From Trueperaceae bacterium (lineage in GTDB: Bacteria; Deinococcota; Deinococci; Deinococcales; Trueperaceae), in NCBI GenBank assembly GCA_965214405.1, contig OZ243956.1:4256001-4320000 (forward strand): DNA of 64,000 nucleotides. Direction: 5' to 3'. This document shows, one piece after another, positions 60,585-64,000 of the stretch. Position 1 is the stretch's first letter. Each line of letters opens with the position of its first letter. Both the position numbers and the translations under genes were made by a program. The notes beneath the pieces are model-generated. The model did no database searches, was not told the DNA's origin, and worked only from the letters and a program-made list of their open reading frames with translations.

Positions 60585-61268
60585 CTAACGGAGGTGCGTG
60601 CCGAAAAACTCCAATGTCCGCTCCCACGCGTCCGCCGAGGCTGCGGCGTCGTACGCGCCTCCCTGGTCGTTGAAAAAGGAGTGTTTCGCGTCCTCGTAGA
60701 TTTTGATGTCGTGCGGAACGTTGGCGTCACTAAGCTTGGCGTCCAGCTTCTTGGCGGCCCCGGCGGTGAAATCTTTTTCGGGATAGGAACCCACCACTGG
60801 GCAGGCGCGCTTGACGGCCTCTAAGGGCCGCGGGTTCATGCCGTAGAAGGGCGCGATGGCCCCCAGCCGGTCATCGGTGCAGGCCCAGGCGATGGCTAAG
60901 CCGCCGCCCATGCAAAAGCCAATCGCGCCCACGTGCTCGGGGTCCACGTCGGGCTGGGGCGAGAGAAAAGAGAGCGCGGCCTTGAGGTTTTTGACGCCGC
61001 CGTGCTCGAGCGCATTGAACAGCATCCCGCCCATCATCTGCGCCATGCAGAGCGCGCGGTTGCGGCCCGCGAACAGGTCCACGGCGAGCGCCGCGTAGCC
61101 CTCCCCGGCAAAGCGGGCGGCGATGTCGCGGATGTTCTCATTCAGCCCGAAAATCTCGTGAATCACCACCACGGCGGGAAAGGGTCCCTCGCCCTCGGGG
61201 CGGGCATAAAAGGCTTCGAGTTCCCGGTCGTGTCCGGAAAAGGTGAGTTTTTGGGCGGTCTGGGCCAT
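60585..61268 (-). CDS. Dienelactone hydrolase family protein
   Basis: VIHEIFGLN, GFCMGG, FYG and HSFFN. Confidence 0.9.
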   Translation of the reverse strand: MAQTAQKLTFSGHDRELEAFYARPEGEGPFPAVVVIHEIFGLNENIRDIAARFAGEGYAALAVDLFAGRNRALCMAQMMGGMLFNALEHGGVKNLKAALSFLSPQPDVDPEHVGAIGFCMGGGLAIAWACTDDRLGAIAPFYGMNPRPLEAVKRACPVVGSYPEKDFTAGAAKKLDAKLSDANVPHDIKIYEDAKHSFFNDQGGAYDAAASADAWERTLEFFGTHLR

Positions 61269-61374
61269 AGTTCCTCCTTTTGAAAGTTTAGCCCCCACGT
61301 GGGGCTTTACCGTTCTGTGGCGCGGAAAGCTCGAGACTCAGGAGTCTCAAGGCGCGGGTGTGTCTTGCTCGAAG

Positions 61375-61438
61375 GATCCCCCTTGGTAAGGGGGACTTGT
61401 GAAGCTGTTCCCCCTTGTTAAGGGGGGTAGGGGGGATC
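61375..61438. repeat. 64-bp palindromic REP/MITE-like element
   Basis: Ends GATCCCCC / GGGGGATC; internal hairpins CCCCCTT-GGT-AAGGGGG and CCCCCTT-GTT-AAGGGGG. Confidence 0.6.
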
Positions 61439-61542
61439 ACAACGTAAGGAACGGCGCGGGTGGGTCACAGGCCGAAAGGGTAGACTAGAGCGTAAAGCAT
61501 TACGACGTTAGCCACGCTAGTAACAGCGTTGAAAGGAAAATT

Positions 61543-62931
61543 ATGGACTATGAAATCATCGTGATCGGCTCCGGGCCGGGCGGCTACCACGCGGCGATTC
61601 GCGCGGCGCAGCTGGGCAAGAAAACCGCCTGCGTAGAGCGGGAGTACGTCGGCGGCGTCTGCCTCAACGTCGGCTGCATCCCTACCAAAGCGCTCCTGCA
61701 CGCCGCCGAGGATTTGCGCGGGGCGAAGCACGCCGAAGCCTACGGGATTAAATTTGGTGAGCCGGAGGTGGATTTGCAGGCGCTCGACAAGTGGAAGAGC
61801 GGCGTGGTGAACAAGCTCACGGGCGGGGTGAGGAATCTCTTGAAGGGTAACAAGGTGGACGTGCTCGAGGGAACAGCCCACTTCAAAGACCCGCACACCA
61901 TCCAGGTGGGCGACAAAACCGTCACCGCGGATAAGTTCATCGTGGCGACGGGTTCGGAGCCCATCGAGATACCGGGGTTTGAGACGAACGGCGAGACGAT
62001 TGTGAATTCCACGGGCGCGCTCAACGTGACGGAGGTGCCCAAAAGGATGCTCTGCATCGGCGGCTCCGCGATTGGGCTCGAGTTCGCCGACATCTACGAC
62101 GCGCTGGGTGCCGAGGTCACGGTGGTCGAGTTGCTAGACCACATCGTGCCGACGAGCGACGAGGATGTGGCGAAAGAGCTTGCCAAAACGTTTACCAAGC
62201 GCGGCATCACCCTCAAGACGAAGACCAAGGCGGTGAGTCAGAAGAAGACGAAAAAGGGGCTCGAGGTGGTGCTCGAGACTACCGACGGCGAGCAAGAAAC
62301 GTTGGTGGTTGACAAAATTCTCGTCGCCGTCGGGCGCAGGCCGCGGGCCAAGGGCTTTGGGTTGGAGGAGCTAGGCGTGACCATCGAGCGCGGCTTTGTC
62401 CCCACCAACGATCATATGCAGACGAACATTCCGCACATCTACGCCATCGGCGACGTGGCGCGCCCGCCCCTGCTGGCCCACAAGGCGATGAAAGAGGGGC
62501 TGGTGGCCGCCGAGCACGCCTCGGGCGAGCCGAGCGCCTACGACACCATCGTCCCGAGCGTCATCTACACGAGCCCCGAACTTGCCAGCGTCGGCCTGAC
62601 AGAAAAGGAGGCCAAGGAGGCGGGTTATGAGGTCAGGGTCGGCATGTTCCCGCTCGCCGCCTCGGGCCGCGCGATGACGCTGGGCGTGAGCGACGGGCTG
62701 GTCAAGCTCGTCGGCGACGCCGAGACGGATTTGCTTCTGGGCTTTCAGATGGTGGGGCCGGACGCAGGCGACATCGTGTCCGAGGCGGTGCTGGCGCTCG
62801 AGATGGGCGCAACTTTAGAAGACATCTCGCTCATCCAGCACGCCCACCCGACCATCGCCGAGGGCTTTATGGAGGCTGCCGAGGCGGCGCACGGCAGGGC
62901 GATTCATATTGCGAACAAGAAGCGCAAGTAG
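61543..62931 (+). CDS. lpdA: Dihydrolipoamide dehydrogenase
   Basis: [25 protein letters not shown] and HAHPTIAE. Confidence 0.96.
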   Translation: MDYEIIVIGSGPGGYHAAIRAAQLGKKTACVEREYVGGVCLNVGCIPTKALLHAAEDLRGAKHAEAYGIKFGEPEVDLQALDKWKSGVVNKLTGGVRNLLKGNKVDVLEGTAHFKDPHTIQVGDKTVTADKFIVATGSEPIEIPGFETNGETIVNSTGALNVTEVPKRMLCIGGSAIGLEFADIYDALGAEVTVVELLDHIVPTSDEDVAKELAKTFTKRGITLKTKTKAVSQKKTKKGLEVVLETTDGEQETLVVDKILVAVGRRPRAKGFGLEELGVTIERGFVPTNDHMQTNIPHIYAIGDVARPPLLAHKAMKEGLVAAEHASGEPSAYDTIVPSVIYTSPELASVGLTEKEAKEAGYEVRVGMFPLAASGRAMTLGVSDGLVKLVGDAETDLLLGFQMVGPDAGDIVSEAVLALEMGATLEDISLIQHAHPTIAEGFMEAAEAAHGRAIHIANKKRK

Positions 62932-62952
62932 CCTCCCACTTTCTCTCCGTTG

Positions 62953-62990
62953 AAGGGCGGGCCGCAACGGCTCGCCTTTTCTACTTTTTT
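62953..62990 (+). terminator. Intrinsic terminator after lpdA
   Basis: GGCGGGCCG-CAA-CGGCTCGCC followed by T-runs. Confidence 0.7.
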
Positions 62991-63004
62991 AACCCAGCGT
63001 CTGC

Positions 63005-63114
63005 TATACTCACTTCGCCGGGTCTCCGGCATCCTTATGCGCGACTAAACATTCTTTCAACCCGTCTTCACGCGTGCGCTTCGCACGCTGGCTTTTCACG
63101 TTGAAAGGTGTTTT
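63005..63114 (+). promoter_or_regulatory. Candidate attenuator leader of the ABC-F gene (-10 TATACT, uORF MRD*, anti-SD stem)
   Basis: uORF at 63037-63048. CTTTCAAC (63054-61) pairs with GTTGAAAG (63100-07), which covers the SD. Inner hairpin at 63072-63088. Confidence 0.55.
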
Positions 63115-64000
63115 ATGTCCACTACGCTCCAGGCGGAAGGGCTGACCTACCGCTATCCCAACCAAGCCGATTTTCTTTTCCAATCCCTCTCCTTTTCGCT
63201 CTACGCCGCCGACAAGGTCGCCCTGCTGGGTGCCAACGGCGTGGGTAAAACGACGCTGCTGGAGCTTCTGAACGGCGATTTGTCTCCTTTAGAAGGTCAC
63301 ATTACGCGCCGCGACGCGCCCTATTATTTGCGCCAGGAGGATTTGCTTAACGGGAACGCACGCGTCCTCGACGCGCTTTTAACGTCACTCCCCGGCCTTG
63401 GTCCCCTATGGGCGGAGTTGCGCCAGATGGAAGAAGCGGGCGTGTCCGATCCTTTGCGCTACGCGGAATGCCTAGGCGCGTTTGCCGAGCGCGGCGGCTA
63501 CGAGGTGCAGGGGCGGCTCGAGGCCGAACTGGACGCTCTGGGCTTCCCGGCGGAGATGCTGACGCGTCCCCTCACCGACCTTTCCGGCGGCGAGCGGCGG
63601 CTCCTGCGCCTCATCGCGGCTTTTATGCACCCTCAAAGCCTCTACCTGTTTGATGAGCCGACGAACTACCTCGACGCGCGCGGCGTCCGCTATTTGGTAA
63701 CGCGGCTACGCGAGACGCCCGCGGCTTGCCTCATCGTGTCGCACGACCGGCGCTTTTTGGACGAGACGATCACGGGGGTGTGGGAACTCACGCGTGGGCG
63801 ACTGACGCGCTACCGCGGTTCGTACTCGAGCTTTCGCGCCACCAAAGAAGCGCGCCATACGGAGGCGGTGCGGACGAGTCAAAAGTTGGGGCGAGAAATA
63901 GGTGAGCTTCGGGAGCAGGAGCGCACCTATAAAGTGTGGGGCGCGCGCAAAGAAAAGGAGAAGTCGGGCGCGGCGGACAAGGGCTTTATCGGCGCGCGCG
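63115..64000 (+). CDS. ABC-F ATP-binding protein, Lsa-like linker (runs off window end)
   Basis: Not in the ORF track. GANGVGKTT, LSGGERR, FDEPTNYLD, VSHDRRFLD, and linker W...KEKEK....DKGFIGAR. Confidence 0.85.
   Translation, partial: MSTTLQAEGLTYRYPNQADFLFQSLSFSLYAADKVALLGANGVGKTTLLELLNGDLSPLEGHITRRDAPYYLRQEDLLNGNARVLDALLTSLPGLGPLWAELRQMEEAGVSDPLRYAECLGAFAERGGYEVQGRLEAELDALGFPAEMLTRPLTDLSGGERRLLRLIAAFMHPQSLYLFDEPTNYLDARGVRYLVTRLRETPAACLIVSHDRRFLDETITGVWELTRGRLTRYRGSYSSFRATKEARHTEAVRTSQKLGREIGELREQERTYKVWGARKEKEKSGAADKGFIGAR

Overview
This is a GC-rich bacterial chromosome segment, most likely Deinococcota and Truepera-like. That placement is inferred from pervasive TANNNT-(5-7 nt)-start leaderless gene starts, an HspR HAIR box at clpB, a Thermus-type icd and Uma2 genes. 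Housekeeping genes are glyA, tyrS, gluQ, pfkA, icd, clpB, lpdA, sodA, csp, xpt and selU-selD. Other modules are a hexuronate/Entner-Doudoroff cluster (ABC binding protein, uxaB, an unusually long uxaA, kdgK, eda), a LolCDE/LolA-like exporter with a divergent two-component system, and an ExeM nuclease. Resistance-like genes are an APH(6)-like kinase, an Lnu-like nucleotidyltransferase and an Lsa-like ABC-F. Accessory content includes three full-length IS elements (ISKra4-like, IS200, IS1-family), two IS remnants, many toxin-antitoxin modules and several pseudogenes. The most striking signal that genes do not explain is the palindrome CTCGAG: about 185 copies by hand count against roughly 20 expected, in several reading frames and in intergenic DNA, but absent from the recent IS elements, much like a HIP1-type highly iterated palindrome. 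Other highlights are a candidate uORF/anti-SD attenuator upstream of the ABC-F, an internally duplicated UxaA whose two halves keep complementary motifs, and two ISKra4 insertions next to the same GGTCAACC motif. I found no rRNA, tRNA or CRISPR array. All family calls come from motif recognition by eye; no database searches were run.
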